A stretch of 64,000 nucleotides of DNA from Candidatus Dojkabacteria bacterium (lineage in GTDB: Bacteria > Patescibacteriota > Dojkabacteria > B142 > WJKM01). Every line of letters starts with the position of its first letter. Positions within the stretch are counted from its first letter, which is position 1. The notes beneath the pieces were generated by a model. That model searched no databases. It was not told the DNA's origin and saw only the letters and a list, made by a program, of their open reading frames with translations. Positions 48,613-60,600 of this stretch are shown piece by piece. The translations under genes were made by a program, and so were the position numbers. Location: positions 9,977 to 73,976 of the forward strand of contig JAYRWD010000026.1 in NCBI GenBank assembly GCA_041918255.1. The letters are read 5' to 3'.

Positions 48613-49038
48613 ATGAACAAAAACATCTTACTTAGGAAAATGTATCAAATTCTTAGACTTGAGAAGGGTCTTAGTGTGAAGATATCACCCAGTACAATGG
48701 CGCTTTTCATGCTATTTGTGCTTTTTTCGATCCTTCTGATGAGAAATATATATTCAAGCCTATCGGCACTTGACAAGTATTCGGTTTTGGAGAAAGAGAG
48801 TAAGGTTTTAGAGGAGCTTAAACAAACCAATACTAGACTTAAACAGGAAAAGGATTACTATTCCTCGCCATATTTCGTAAAGCTCTATGCTCGTGAAAAT
48901 TTAGGACTAGTCCAGCCCGGGGAAGTGATTTACTACATCCAAAGGGATAGAAATTTTGCTTATGAAGATAAGTTTGAGAATTATGAACCGATTGCGATAG
49001 TTTCTAATAAAAGTATGTGGATTGATTTGATACTATAG
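48613..49038 (+). CDS. Septum formation initiator, FtsB/DivIC family
   Basis: A single N-terminal TM helix, a coiled coil, and the ARENLGLVQPGEVIY motif. Confidence 0.6.
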   Translation: MNKNILLRKMYQILRLEKGLSVKISPSTMALFMLFVLFSILLMRNIYSSLSALDKYSVLEKESKVLEELKQTNTRLKQEKDYYSSPYFVKLYARENLGLVQPGEVIYYIQRDRNFAYEDKFENYEPIAIVSNKSMWIDLIL

Positions 49039-49065
49039 TGTAGATTGTGTTAGAATGGATGACAC

Positions 49066-49137
<72 letters not shown>

Positions 49138-49204
49138 CGTACTGGCTCCAAAACCCTATTCTCCAGAAAATATGATCATAACGATTTTTACAAAGCCTTC
49201 TGGG

Positions 49205-49591
49205 TCATTGGGTAGCATTGGTAGTGGTTAGCTTGGGAATAATTCCGGCATTTCGGAAGGTTTGGGTTAAAGTAGAAAGGATAGTATTGAGATTTGCTTC
49301 CAGAACTTTGCCTTTTAGTAAAATAACACAATCGAATGGTTGCGGGCTTAGATCTTTAATAATTGTCGCAAGTGCCGTGCGAGTCATTCGTTTTGCTCTA
49401 TTTCGTTGGACAGCGTTACCTACTTTCTTGCTAGCCACAATCCCGAAATGATGAGAGGTATTTTCTCCAAGACGAAATGAAGATTTAAAATTGACTAATA
49501 CGTCAAAGATATCGGTATTAAACCTTTTATGCTTTCGATAAACAGTAAGAAATTCTTTGTTTTTGCGCAAACGTAGGTTTTTTGGGAGCAT
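49205..49591 (-). CDS. rnpA: Ribonuclease P protein component
   Basis: A 128-aa basic protein, MLPKNLRLRKNKEFLTVYRK..., with the RNR-like motif. It lies downstream of rpmH on the same strand. Confidence 0.8.
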   Translation of the reverse strand: MLPKNLRLRKNKEFLTVYRKHKRFNTDIFDVLVNFKSSFRLGENTSHHFGIVASKKVGNAVQRNRAKRMTRTALATIIKDLSPQPFDCVILLKGKVLEANLNTILSTLTQTFRNAGIIPKLTTTNATQ

Positions 49592-49756
49592 TCGCGTGAC
49601 AAAGCAAGTAAGCTTGGACTTTAGTCAAATTCTGGACAAATATCTGATCGAAAGGTTGAATTAGGATTTTCAGTTAATAACTAATCCATTCCGTTCACGG
49701 ATTATCTTCCAAAGCAAACACCAAAAGTCGGTTGGAAGTCTAGCGCAAACCGTGTA

Positions 49757-49939
49757 TTATCGTCTTCGTGAAAGACGTTTATTTTTGTCTTGTCGTATTT
49801 CATCAGACACTGTAAGACTTTTGCGACCCTTGGCGCGACGACGTTTTAGCACTAACCGCCCAGCTTTTGTGCTTGCTCGGGATCGAAAACCTAGTTTTGT
49901 GACTCTCCTCCGTTTTTTGGGCTGATATGGTCTTTTCAT
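49757..49939 (-). CDS. rpmH: 50S ribosomal protein L34
   Basis: [21 protein letters not shown]... Confidence 0.9.
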   Translation of the reverse strand: MKRPYQPKKRRRVTKLGFRSRASTKAGRLVLKRRRAKGRKSLTVSDEIRQDKNKRLSRRR

Positions 49940-50131
49940 TGCAATAGTGTATATTTAAGTTTCAACCATTATTTTAGCATAGAATTTATTATTTGTATTG
50001 GTTGCGTATGAGCTAGGAACTTTTTATGAATTAAGGAGAATAATCGTGGCTTAATATGCTAGTTATTTACTTTAAACCCTCGAAATGACACAATAAGTAA
50101 GAGAGGACTTATTTTAAAGTGCATCATCACA

Positions 50132-51508
50132 ATGAAGATAAAAAATACGCGAATGAGGTTTGGAAAGCATTATGTTGGGTTGTTCGTGGCTGTAGTAATA
50201 ATTTTAGCAATATCCGCAGGCGTATATCTGTATCGTGAGGCCAATCCCGGAGCAAGTAATAAGTGGAATATAAATGAATATGTTGATATAACAAAGCCAC
50301 CTTATAACGCGATTGGAGATGGTATCGCTGATAACTATCAAGTATTGAGCTCAGCATTAGCAGCATTAAATAATGGACAGTATCCAGTCTTGTATTTCCC
50401 TCCTGGTGAGTATAGAATTGCTATCCCTCCGGGCGTATACGCGCTTCGAGTACCGTCCACGATGGCCATTCTAGGACAAAAGGATGTAACTACTATTAAA
50501 TTTGATATTACAAATACAGGGCTTTATTCAGCACTTAAATTCGAAACAGGGGAAGATTTTATGCTTAAGGATATTATTCTCGAGGGAACAAAACTAGAAA
50601 TACCCTTTTCACAGTCTTCGTATTGGACCGTTGTTTCAGTGAATAAATCCTCGGGCATTCATTTTGAAGGAATTACTATTAAGAATGGGCAACGATTCGG
50701 ACTTGAAGTGATGGGTAGTAATGATGTAAATATTACGGATAGCAATTTCATAGGTAACGGCTGGGCAGAGGAAGTAGCTGGAAATGCTCCGCAACATCTG
50801 ATAGGCGGGGTCCGAGTGGTTAATTCTACCGATGGTACAAGAAGTTCGCGGGTCTATATCGCAAGGTCAAACTTTAGCAATAATGGCGGAGAGGGCCTAC
50901 TTGTGAGTCGAAGTGATAACCTCCGCATTAAAGCTAATACGGTAAGTAATAATGGACTTTATAGATATCATGGCAATCAAGATGGTATCGCTCTTTCGGG
51001 ATTAACAGATTCGAGGATTTCAAAAAATATTGTCTCAGGGAATTTTTCTGATGGGATTGTTCTAACTGTGTCCTCGAACATCGATTCTTCACATGATGTT
51101 GAAATATATGATAACAAGTCATTTAATAATGGTGGCAACGGGATTTTGCTGTATAGTTTGCCGGATAGTAATACTGGAGTTATGTCATTTGTGATTATAG
51201 ATTCAAACGAAGTGTATAACAATGGGTTGGGAAATACCTCTGGGTATCCGTATTCTTTTGATGGAATCAGAGTTTCACCTTGGGGGGCAGGAAATCGAAT
51301 CACGGGAGTAAGCATTAGAAATAATGTTTGTTATGATACGCGCACTGGTTTGGCAAGAACACAAATGCATGGGATCGGACAACTTCCGAGAGAAATCGAT
51401 ACTAATGGAGGTATAAGCAAGGTGGGGGTTATACTGGGAAGTAATGATTGTTATAACAATGAACATGCCCAGATATGGCTCTGGGAATTAGAGCAAATGA
51501 GATATTAG
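50132..51508 (+). CDS. Membrane-anchored right-handed parallel beta-helix (pectate-lyase-fold) protein
   Basis: An N-terminal TM anchor, then PYNAIGDGIADNYQVLSSALAA. Many NxG/xNNG beta-helix rungs follow (NNGGEGLLVSRSDNLRIKANTVSNNG...). Confidence 0.6.
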   Translation: MKIKNTRMRFGKHYVGLFVAVVIILAISAGVYLYREANPGASNKWNINEYVDITKPPYNAIGDGIADNYQVLSSALAALNNGQYPVLYFPPGEYRIAIPPGVYALRVPSTMAILGQKDVTTIKFDITNTGLYSALKFETGEDFMLKDIILEGTKLEIPFSQSSYWTVVSVNKSSGIHFEGITIKNGQRFGLEVMGSNDVNITDSNFIGNGWAEEVAGNAPQHLIGGVRVVNSTDGTRSSRVYIARSNFSNNGGEGLLVSRSDNLRIKANTVSNNGLYRYHGNQDGIALSGLTDSRISKNIVSGNFSDGIVLTVSSNIDSSHDVEIYDNKSFNNGGNGILLYSLPDSNTGVMSFVIIDSNEVYNNGLGNTSGYPYSFDGIRVSPWGAGNRITGVSIRNNVCYDTRTGLARTQMHGIGQLPREIDTNGGISKVGVILGSNDCYNNEHAQIWLWELEQMRY

Positions 51509-51530
51509 TTATAAACATATTCAAGAATTT

Positions 51531-52457
51531 ATGAATAGGATCAGGTTCGGTACTGGGGGTATTCCGATAACGACTCCAAGAAGAGAGGTGGAGGACGGTG
51601 TGAAGAGGATACGCGAACTTGGGCTTGATGCCATGGAGTTGGAATTTGTCTATCAAGTATTTGTTCCGTCAGAGAGGAGGGAGTCACTTAAAAGAATTGC
51701 CATTGGAAACAATGTTGATCTAACAGTACACGGCTCATATTTTATTAATCTGGCGGCTATAGATAAGGCGAAGTGGCATGCTAGCCAAGATAGGATCGTG
51801 CAGTGTGCGAAAGCTGGGTTCGAGTGCGGGGCTAAATCTTTAACGTTTCATAGCGCGGCACTAATGGGACGAGATGAAAAAGCAGTTTTCGCGATAGTGA
51901 GAGATGCTTTCGCGCAGATATATGAAACACTTAATGAAGAAAAGATTGATATAAAACTTTCACCTGAGATAACAGGGAAGGCAGCGCAATTTGCCGGGGT
52001 AGAAATGCTGATTGAATTAGCTAAGACTTTCAAAAAAGAAGGAATGGGGATTTGTGTAGATTTCGCTCATCAACATGCTAGAAATGGAGGAGGCTGGAAT
52101 ACCTACGAGGAGTTTAAAAAAATATTGACCTTAATTCAGGAAGGACTTGGGAAAGAGGCTTTACATAATTTACATATGCATATGTCGGGTATTAATTATT
52201 CCGCGAAAGGAGAGCGAAATCATTTGACGCTTCTACCAACAGAGCAGGATTATTTGAATAGAGGAATAAGTATCGGCGATACTGGCAAGTTGTACGATAA
52301 TCTCGAGGCATCAAAGCGACTAGATACTCCAGATATTGCTTGGATGGAGTTAATGCATGCTCTGAAGGATATGGACGTAGGAGGGGTGCTAATTTGTGAA
52401 AGTCCAAACCTAGAGCAGGACGCTTTGTTAATGCAAAGTTTTTATAATTCGCTTTAG
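51531..52457 (+). CDS. AP endonuclease family 2 / xylose-isomerase-like TIM-barrel protein (endonuclease IV-like)
   Basis: VHGSYFINLAA, TFHSA, ICVDFAHQHA and LHMHMSG parallel the Endo IV metal-binding motifs. Confidence 0.5.
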   Translation: MNRIRFGTGGIPITTPRREVEDGVKRIRELGLDAMELEFVYQVFVPSERRESLKRIAIGNNVDLTVHGSYFINLAAIDKAKWHASQDRIVQCAKAGFECGAKSLTFHSAALMGRDEKAVFAIVRDAFAQIYETLNEEKIDIKLSPEITGKAAQFAGVEMLIELAKTFKKEGMGICVDFAHQHARNGGGWNTYEEFKKILTLIQEGLGKEALHNLHMHMSGINYSAKGERNHLTLLPTEQDYLNRGISIGDTGKLYDNLEASKRLDTPDIAWMELMHALKDMDVGGVLICESPNLEQDALLMQSFYNSL

Positions 52458-52466
52458 TTAGCTAAT

Positions 52467-53009
52467 ATGGTAAGAGTCTTTCTAGGGTTTGTAGCTAGTC
52501 TGTTTGTCTATGGCATACTGTTATTTTTATTGAATCATCTTTCCTTTTTTGATGAAAATAAGCTTGTGGCAGTTAGGACAAAACATGAGTTGAAAACGCA
52601 AGAACAATTTGTCGAATTTTACGATCAATTAAAAGGAGCAGGTTTGATTCTTGAAGTAATCGATTCAAAGAATTTTATTTTGTTACTTGCCATTTCTTCG
52701 ATTTTTGTGTTTATTTCTTTTGCTACATTGCATATGTTTTTTGATAAACTTTTTTTCAAGTCGTTCTATCAGCAACCATCATTGAAGCCTGCATTCATGA
52801 GATCTGGGATTGTAACCGCTCTATTAATGTATTCGTTCGGATTGCGTGTCATAGGTGAACGAGGGTTTGTTTTGCCTTTGTTTGGGCTAATCATTGCGGT
52901 AGGTATAAGTTGGTTTATTCTTGAACCTGCCTTGCGAGAGAAGCAGATGATTCCAAGAAAACTTGGAGAAAACGAGATAGAAAATCAAGACATTCCTAAA
53001 CATGATTAA
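52467..53009 (+). CDS. Hypothetical polytopic membrane protein
   Basis: A 180-aa product with four hydrophobic segments. It overlaps tatD by 8 nt, which suggests translational coupling. Confidence 0.35.
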   Translation: MVRVFLGFVASLFVYGILLFLLNHLSFFDENKLVAVRTKHELKTQEQFVEFYDQLKGAGLILEVIDSKNFILLLAISSIFVFISFATLHMFFDKLFFKSFYQQPSLKPAFMRSGIVTALLMYSFGLRVIGERGFVLPLFGLIIAVGISWFILEPALREKQMIPRKLGENEIENQDIPKHD

Positions 53010-53874
53010 TTTTAAAAATCTTCTAGCTCAAAATAGGCTATTTGATTCTCACTGTCATCTGAATGACGTTGTATTCGATATTGATCGTGAAGAAGTGCTC
53101 ACGAACGCACAGAGTAAAGGTGTTGATTATGTTTGCGACATTTCGGTAAATTTGAACTCGTCCGAAAGGGCAGTGCAAAATATGGGTATTGACCCACGGG
53201 TACTTTCAACTATCGGGGTGGATCCAGAGGTGTGTATTCCGGGTAGTGACTTGTTTGCTTTTGAAGATGATGTTGATTATGGGCATGAACTTTCCGTGCT
53301 TATGGAGAAAGCGAAAAAATCTGGAAAAGGATTACCTATCATGCTAGGAGAGACGGGAGTAGATAATTATTGGATTGTAAAGAATCAGGTTCCTGTTGCG
53401 GACGCAGAATTATTGCTTGATCGTCAAATCAAACTCTTTGAGTTGCATGCTAGGATGGCCGAAGATTTTGATATTCCTTTGACAATTCATTCAAGAAACG
53501 CAATAGATATCTGTTTGGGCGTTTTAGAAAAGTTTCCCAAAGTCGTTGCGATTTTTCATTCACTCACACCTGATTTGGAAGATACTCCAATGATATTTGA
53601 GAAGAAATTGGAAATAATTTTTGAAAGGGGGTATTTTGTTGGTGTAAATGGCATAGCGACATTTCCCTCAGCGTCAATATTGCGTGAGGCTCTAGTGAAA
53701 ACTCTGAAACAGAAAGATATGCCTTCCTCACCTGAACCAATTGATTTTTATAATCGCCAAATTGTTTTTGAAACAGACGCTCCTTGGCTCGCGCCAGCTC
53801 CGCTGCGAGGAACCCGAAACCAGCCAGCTAATATTTCGCTGATTTACTCATTCATGAAGAGCTTGTTCAGCTAG
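53002..53874 (+). CDS. tatD: TatD-family metal-dependent hydrolase/DNase
   Basis: FDSHCHLND, GETGVDNY, TIHSR and FETDAPWLAP. Confidence 0.7.
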   Translation: MINFKNLLAQNRLFDSHCHLNDVVFDIDREEVLTNAQSKGVDYVCDISVNLNSSERAVQNMGIDPRVLSTIGVDPEVCIPGSDLFAFEDDVDYGHELSVLMEKAKKSGKGLPIMLGETGVDNYWIVKNQVPVADAELLLDRQIKLFELHARMAEDFDIPLTIHSRNAIDICLGVLEKFPKVVAIFHSLTPDLEDTPMIFEKKLEIIFERGYFVGVNGIATFPSASILREALVKTLKQKDMPSSPEPIDFYNRQIVFETDAPWLAPAPLRGTRNQPANISLIYSFMKSLFS

Positions 53875-53956
53875 CTTGATTAATCTCGAAGTCGGGCGCA
53901 GTCTATAATGCTGGTTGATTGTGGGTCTATATGTTGGAAATAAGGGACCATGGTAC

Positions 53957-54238
53957 TTATCTTCTTCCATTTCTGCGGTACAAAGGTAGTAGGGTCCGAG
54001 TGCCTGTTCCTTTTTCTAGAAGGTCCAAGTCTTTCTCCCGCTGTCTAACTTCGTGTGCACCAGCATTTTTGAGTCGGCTAGCAAGCCAAGCCTCCCGTGC
54101 CACAACACCGGGATCTACCGCCAGTGCAGCATTGTCTAATTCGGCTAGTTGTGCATCTGTCAAAGGTGTCCACTTATCGGGGGGTTCATTAGCAGAGTTA
54201 GCACCGGTCGCAGCATTAAGTTGTTCGGCCATGTACAT
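53957..54238 (-). CDS. Small Ala-rich ORF inside a GC-rich island, possibly a foreign or relic gene fragment.
   Basis: The 93-aa product, MAEQLNAATGANSANEPPDKWTPLTDAQLAELDNAALAVDPGVVAREAWLASRLKNAGAHEVRQ..., has a high-GC-organism amino-acid profile. The local GC is far above the window background. Confidence 0.3.
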   Translation of the reverse strand: MYMAEQLNAATGANSANEPPDKWTPLTDAQLAELDNAALAVDPGVVAREAWLASRLKNAGAHEVRQREKDLDLLEKGTGTRTLLPLYRRNGRR

Positions 54239-54671
54239 GCGTATAAAACTATATTGTAAGTATATATATATATATTCATTTTGTCAATAGGGATTATTTT
54301 TTTGTGCAAGATGGGATTTGTTAGACAAATAATCTTTGTTTTGTAGTCAGTAAATTTTTCAAGTACTGAAAAAAATTATAAATTGTGGGGAGCTAGTTTT
54401 TTTGCGTTCAGATATTGAAAGGCTCTAATGCCTATGTTTGTAATTATTATCACTATTTTGAAATTAAGTATTTTATACTTAAGGAAAGCTTGTTCATTCC
54501 AAAAGGCTTAGAGATGAAGAATAACACAAGGAATTGAAAAAATTCGGGAGCGGTTTTATAGATAGAAATAGTAGAAATATTTTAGGATTTTCGTTATGCT
54601 AGGATAGGCAATAATTATGTTTGTATTAGGTTGCACAGAATAATTTTAAATAGTTATTTAGAATAGACGCG

Positions 54672-57600
54672 ATGTCATTTTCAATTGTACTATTAGACGA
54701 TGATTTTGTTTTTAGACAGACGGTCAATATCGTATTGACTAACCTGTCAAAACGAACCGGCATTGATCTAAAAGTTTTTACCTCTGGAAATGGAGTAGAA
54801 GGATTGGGATATGTATACGTTACCAATCCCGACCTAATCATTGTAGACACAACATTGCCCAAATATGCAGGCAAGGAGCTCATAGAGTTTATTATCTCAA
54901 ACCAACGAATCAGCAAAAATTCAATTGTAGTCACAGACCAAGGAGATCGAAAAGTATCCATCAAAGAGCCAGGATCAATAATACTCAGCAAAAAATCTAA
55001 AACTTTTTTAAAAGATTTATCACAGATAGTTCTGGAAATCGCACGGAAGCACGACAAATCTCTTCCCCAACAGGTTGGTAAAGTAGCTGGACTGAATATA
55101 GGGCAAAGAGTGGTCGAACTTGCCAATAAAAGCGATATCGAGGCTATGAAAGCCGAGCGCAGCAAGAGCTTTTTTCTACGGAAGTGGCATTATGTCGTAA
55201 GATTTGGTTATGAAGTGATATTAAGCATTTTACTGACCAGTTTATACATCAAGTTTAGGAGACCTGAAGACGCGAATATTGAAGGTTCTCCCGCTGACGA
55301 GAAATATTATCGAGTTCGGGTGTATCCCACCATAAGTACCATTGGAACCACAGCCGTATTTTTCTTATTGCAAGTAATTCTTTTCATACTAGGCGGCGTC
55401 ACGGTTATGAATCTAAGATTCGATAGCATATTCGCAGCATGGAAGGGGAGTGAAGTCATCGATTTAGCAAACAGTGAATTTGATACAGATGCGATTGAAT
55501 ATGATGACGGAGTGTTAAGACTAAAAAACCTAAATAGCGTTGTTATTGAACCCCAAGAACAAGAAATACCTTTGTCGGGTCCCGTTGACGAAAGCTCTGA
55601 GGATGTCGATTCGGTTGATGAAGTAGACGATGGGGAGAGTCCGGTACCTACCGACATCGAAATTCCTTCGGAGGTGGCGAGTCCCACAGAAGAGGTAGTC
55701 CCGACTGAGGAGGTGGGTGAAGAATCATCAGATATTACAAATGAGGAGGATCAGCAGATTCCCTCTGTCGAACCCGAAGTAATTGTGGATGAAAATTCCG
55801 GTGAAGGAAATGTTCAAACAGAAGAATCAGGACAGAGCGAGCCTATTCAAACTGAGGAGTCTGGATCAAGCGAGAATAGTACATCTGTTGATGCTGATAG
55901 CAATAGTTTAGATTCGAACGAAGGTTCTGATGCAACTGTTTTAGGTATAGAAGATGAACGCCCCATTCGGACAAAACCTGAATATTCAACTGAGAAACCA
56001 TCAGTAGTGTTTAACGAAGTAGTTAAATTTTCGCAGTTAGTAAGCATACTTGAAGAAAGCAGGGATAACGATTCATTGAGTAGTATGCTTTCGCCAATAT
56101 ATGGATATACTAAAGGACAATATCCCAAAAATGGGATTACCTATCAATTATCTCCTGATGGAGAACATTGGTTCTTCTATGATGGAGCTGGATGGACCGT
56201 AACAGAGCAGGGCTATATGACATCAAACTCGATCCAGGAAGTAAATTTGAATCTGTCAAAGTTTGAAAGCGCGCTTGGCGAGGTATATCTAAGAGCTTTC
56301 TTCATCTCGGATGGAGATACTTTAGTACAATTAAAAGCTCTTACAATTAATCGCGATCTAAATCTTATAACCAAGCTCTTAGAGGAGCAACAGTGGATTT
56401 TACCCGAAGAATTATCCCTTCCGACCAGTATCTTAGTACAGGCTATGCGACCGGTGGTGTTGAGCGCTGCTACCGTGGATGGAACAAAAATAGTGACTGG
56501 ACGAGTAGAAATGCCCGAAGGTATTACGGTCAGTGAAAGCGAGTTGCAGAATCTGGTGGTTGAAATTTATCAAACAGAAGCTGATGATGAAGCGATGGAA
56601 CCTATTGGACGAGAAAAGTTGATAGGGACAACTAATGTACAGAGAGTCACACGTAGTGATGGCATCGTCGAGGATCAATTTATGCTTGAGGTTCAAGGGG
56701 AGGGAGGGAATTTTGTAAGTGCTAGAATTGTCTACAAACCAGATAGTCCAGAAGAAACACCAGTCGAAGTGGAGTCGGTTGAATCAGATTTAATTCATAA
56801 CGCCTCTTTCACTATAACAAGCAATGCGGATACGGGTGATGCTAGCCCGGGGAATGGTGTCTGCAATACCGGTGGTGCAATATGTACCCTCAGAGCTGCG
56901 ATACAGGAGACTAATGCACTTGCCAATGGGGCAAGTCCGGATAATATACTCTCAAATCTATCTGCCTTGCAAAGATTAATAACCCCAGATACCGCGCTTC
57001 CGGATATTACCGATCCAGTTAGTATTGATCTATCTCAAGAGGTAGGTCGTGCTCCTACGATGGTTGTACGCTTGGATGGAAGTGATATCGCAGATCCAAA
57101 TACGGTGAATGGATTAACTATAACAGCTGGGTCTAGTACTGTCCAAGGTTTTGCAATTTTCAACTTTGGAGGAAATGGGATAAAACTTTCGACTGGGAAT
57201 AGTAACGTAGTTAAGTGGATGAACATCGGAACAAATATTTTGGAAGAATCGAACCCAAACGGTCAGAATGGTATTCATATTTTGAATTCAGGAAATAACT
57301 CGATCGGTATAACTGGCAGTACTACCATCATTAGTAGCAATACGCTCAATGGAATTTTGATCGAGGGGGCCCAGTCAACTGGCAATACGGTCTATAACTG
57401 CAAAGTAGGGGTTAATGGTGCAGGGACAGCCGCCCTCGGGAACACGCAGAGTGGGATAAAAATACTTAATGCTGACTCGAATATTATTGGTGACACACTA
57501 AAGTCAAACACTATCTCGGGAAATACTCTGGATGGGATAGAGCTTGACGGAGCAGACTCAAATACTATTAGGGCTAATTTTATTGGAGACTATACAAATG

Positions 57601-60600
57601 CCGGCAGTTCATTTGTAAACGCTAGATATGGTATACAGCTAACAACTTCGACTTCAAATACAATCGCGTCTAATTATATTACTGGTAATTCTTATGGTGG
57701 AGTATTGCTCGCAGGCACGTCGGATGTTAATACATTGAACGCTAATACTGTTGGTATTACATATTCAGGTGCGACCAAAGGCAATGGGACAAACAAGAGT
57801 GGTATCTATATACAGGACTCCTCAGATAATTTACTGGGTACATCCTCTTCAAGCAATAAGAATATAGTTTCCGGACATGATGTTGCTGGTATTGTAATAG
57901 AGGGGCTAAATGCTACCGCGAGTGGCAATTTGTTGAAGTATAATTATGTAGGGACGAATACTAGTGGCGCAATTTCGTCCGGTTTCGAGAATGATAGAGC
58001 TGGGATAATTATTGCGGGGGATGCAGATTCTAATATCATTGGTGGAGATTGGAATGATGAGGGTAATGTCATAAAGGGAAATGGATCAGGAATCCTCGTA
58101 ATGAGCTATAGTAATTTGTCAAAAAATCCTGATGGAAATAGTATAGTGAGCAATACGATCAGTGGAAATACGGGTTATACTGAAACCGGACTTGGAATAG
58201 ATTTGGCAGATGATACCGATCAAGATTTAGAGCCGGATAGCGGTCAGGGGGGTAATAGTAATGATGCCGGTGATAGTGATGGCGGGGCAAATGGATATCT
58301 TAATTATCCGGTTATCACGCAGGCAAGTACCTCCCTTGGCGTGACTACAATAGATTATACGATAGATATCGAATCCTCCCCTTATTATCTTCTGCAATTT
58401 TTTTCTGTAACTAGTGAAGATCCTACTGGATATGGAGAGGCTGACACATTATTGTGTCAGGAAATTGTCCCATTAGCTGATATCGGAAATACTCTTGATT
58501 GCGGTGGCGCTTCATTAGTAGATGGTGTGGCGTTGTCGATAACGGTTACCCTGTGTGAAGATAGTGGGTGTTCTGCATTAGGTGCAACGTCCGAATTTGG
58601 GCTAAATATAATTGGTACAAGCGATTCGTTTGTTGTAAATTCTATAGCGGATTCCGCAGATGCGTCCCCTGGGGATGGAGTATGTGAAACTGCTAGCTCT
58701 ACATGTACGTTGAGGGCCGCGATACAGGAAATGAATACTAAGCCATCTGGCGGGTATATCCTATTTGATTTGAATCCAGCTGATGGACAGCACTATTGCT
58801 ACGTTGATGATGGAGTCGAAGGACAAATTACAAATAAAACTACTATTGCAACTGCGATTAATAACGATTCAGATGCCGCTTGTGGTGGTGGTACTGTAGA
58901 TTCGGATTTTCCGAATAGCTGGTTCATGATTAGTCCGAATTCCGCCTATCCAAGTATAGCCGTACCTGTCGTTCTAGATGGGTATTCACAAGACGGTACT
59001 GCAGAAGCAACTTCTGACTCAGAAGCCATTCTTAAAATAGCAATCCGTTACACATTTAGCGGATCACAATTATTCAATCTTAATAGCTCTGGAATCACTT
59101 TTAAAGGGGTGTCTATAGGTATGGGAACGTCTGGTTCCGGTGGAGATCCTAATGTTAACTTTGCAATTAGAATCTCTGCGGGAGGAGTGAATGTTTCCGG
59201 TAATTATATTGGAACAGGACCGTCTGGATACGAAACCAGTTTGGGTCTAGCGCAGGATGGGGTGTCTGTTAACTCAAGTGGTGATGGTATCACTATTGGT
59301 GGGTCAGATCCAGCTAATAGAAATATTATCTCCGGAAATCATTACAATGGTATAGCTATCAACACCTCGGGGGTTACGGTGTCGGGGAATTATATAGGTT
59401 TAGCTAGAGATGGACTAACTGACCTGGCAAATAGCTACTGGGGAATTGCTGTATACGCTGGAGATAACATCATAGGTGGTGATAGCAGCGATGAAGTAAA
59501 CTATATCGGGGGAAACACATTAGGCGGAATTTTACTAAGTGGAGCCAGTTCAAGTGAAAATCAGGTATTAGGCAATTATATTGGGTTTGGAAGAGATGGT
59601 TTGACTGCGGTAGGAAATCTAGGTCCAGGTATTCAGTTCGAGTTAGGCGCGAATAATAATCGTATAGGGAGTATGTTATCGAACGCGGCGAATCTAGTTG
59701 CGAATAATTCCGGCAACGGGGTGCAAATTGCTGATGGGGATTCGATCGGAAATTCGATACTTAGAAACTCGATATACATGAATGATGGCATTTCGGTTGA
59801 CTTAGGGCCTGATGGTTTCACACCTAACGACCCTAATGATATTGATTCCGGTGCAAATACGCTTCTGAATTATCCAGATATTTCGTCTGTTCGATATACC
59901 TCCGAGGGCGTGGAAATTTATGGAGCGCTTGAGGCGGACGCGAATGTTTCAAATTATTACCGAATATTTTTTTACAGTAATCCGAGTGGTAGCGGATCCT
60001 ATGAAGGTAAATACTATTTGGGTTACACAGACGTGAGTTTAGATTCGGGGATTTATGATTTTCAATCAACACCTATCATCATCCAGGGGACAAAGCCTGC
60101 TAGTGGAAATAACGCAATTACATCGATGGCTGTGGCATGTGATGCTACTCCATGTGTAACATTCGCTGATTCTTCAGAATTTAGCGGGGCATTTGATGCT
60201 GTTGGTAATAACGGTGAAGTGGATATTCCTGAAGAGGTTGAAGTAGGGGATCAAATTGATCTTCAAGTTGTGGATTATGACGTCGACCGAGATGCTAGTA
60301 CGCCCGAAACGATTTCTTTGACAACTGTAAACGATAGAACAGGCGAGGAAGAGGTTATTATTCTGACTGAGACCGAACCGGGCAGTGGAATTTTTGAGGC
60401 CACTCTAGATACTCTAGAGAATCAGGTGGCGGGCGACAATAGCGATGGCGACGTGAATGTTTCCGTTGATGATACTCTAACCACTTCTTATGACGACGAA
60501 CTTACCTCTGATGGAGATACGCTCGTTGTCTTATTCGCCACAAGCGTAGTTGCCCAGGGTTCTACGGATCCGGAAATTACGCCAACGCCTACTCCGACAC

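Noticed and set aside
53919-54290. A 123-aa plus-strand ORF in the GC-rich island
   Set aside because: The product is Ser/Ala/Cys low complexity, and the island ends in a (TA)n tract. The minus-strand ORF is the more protein-like reading, and even that is low-confidence.
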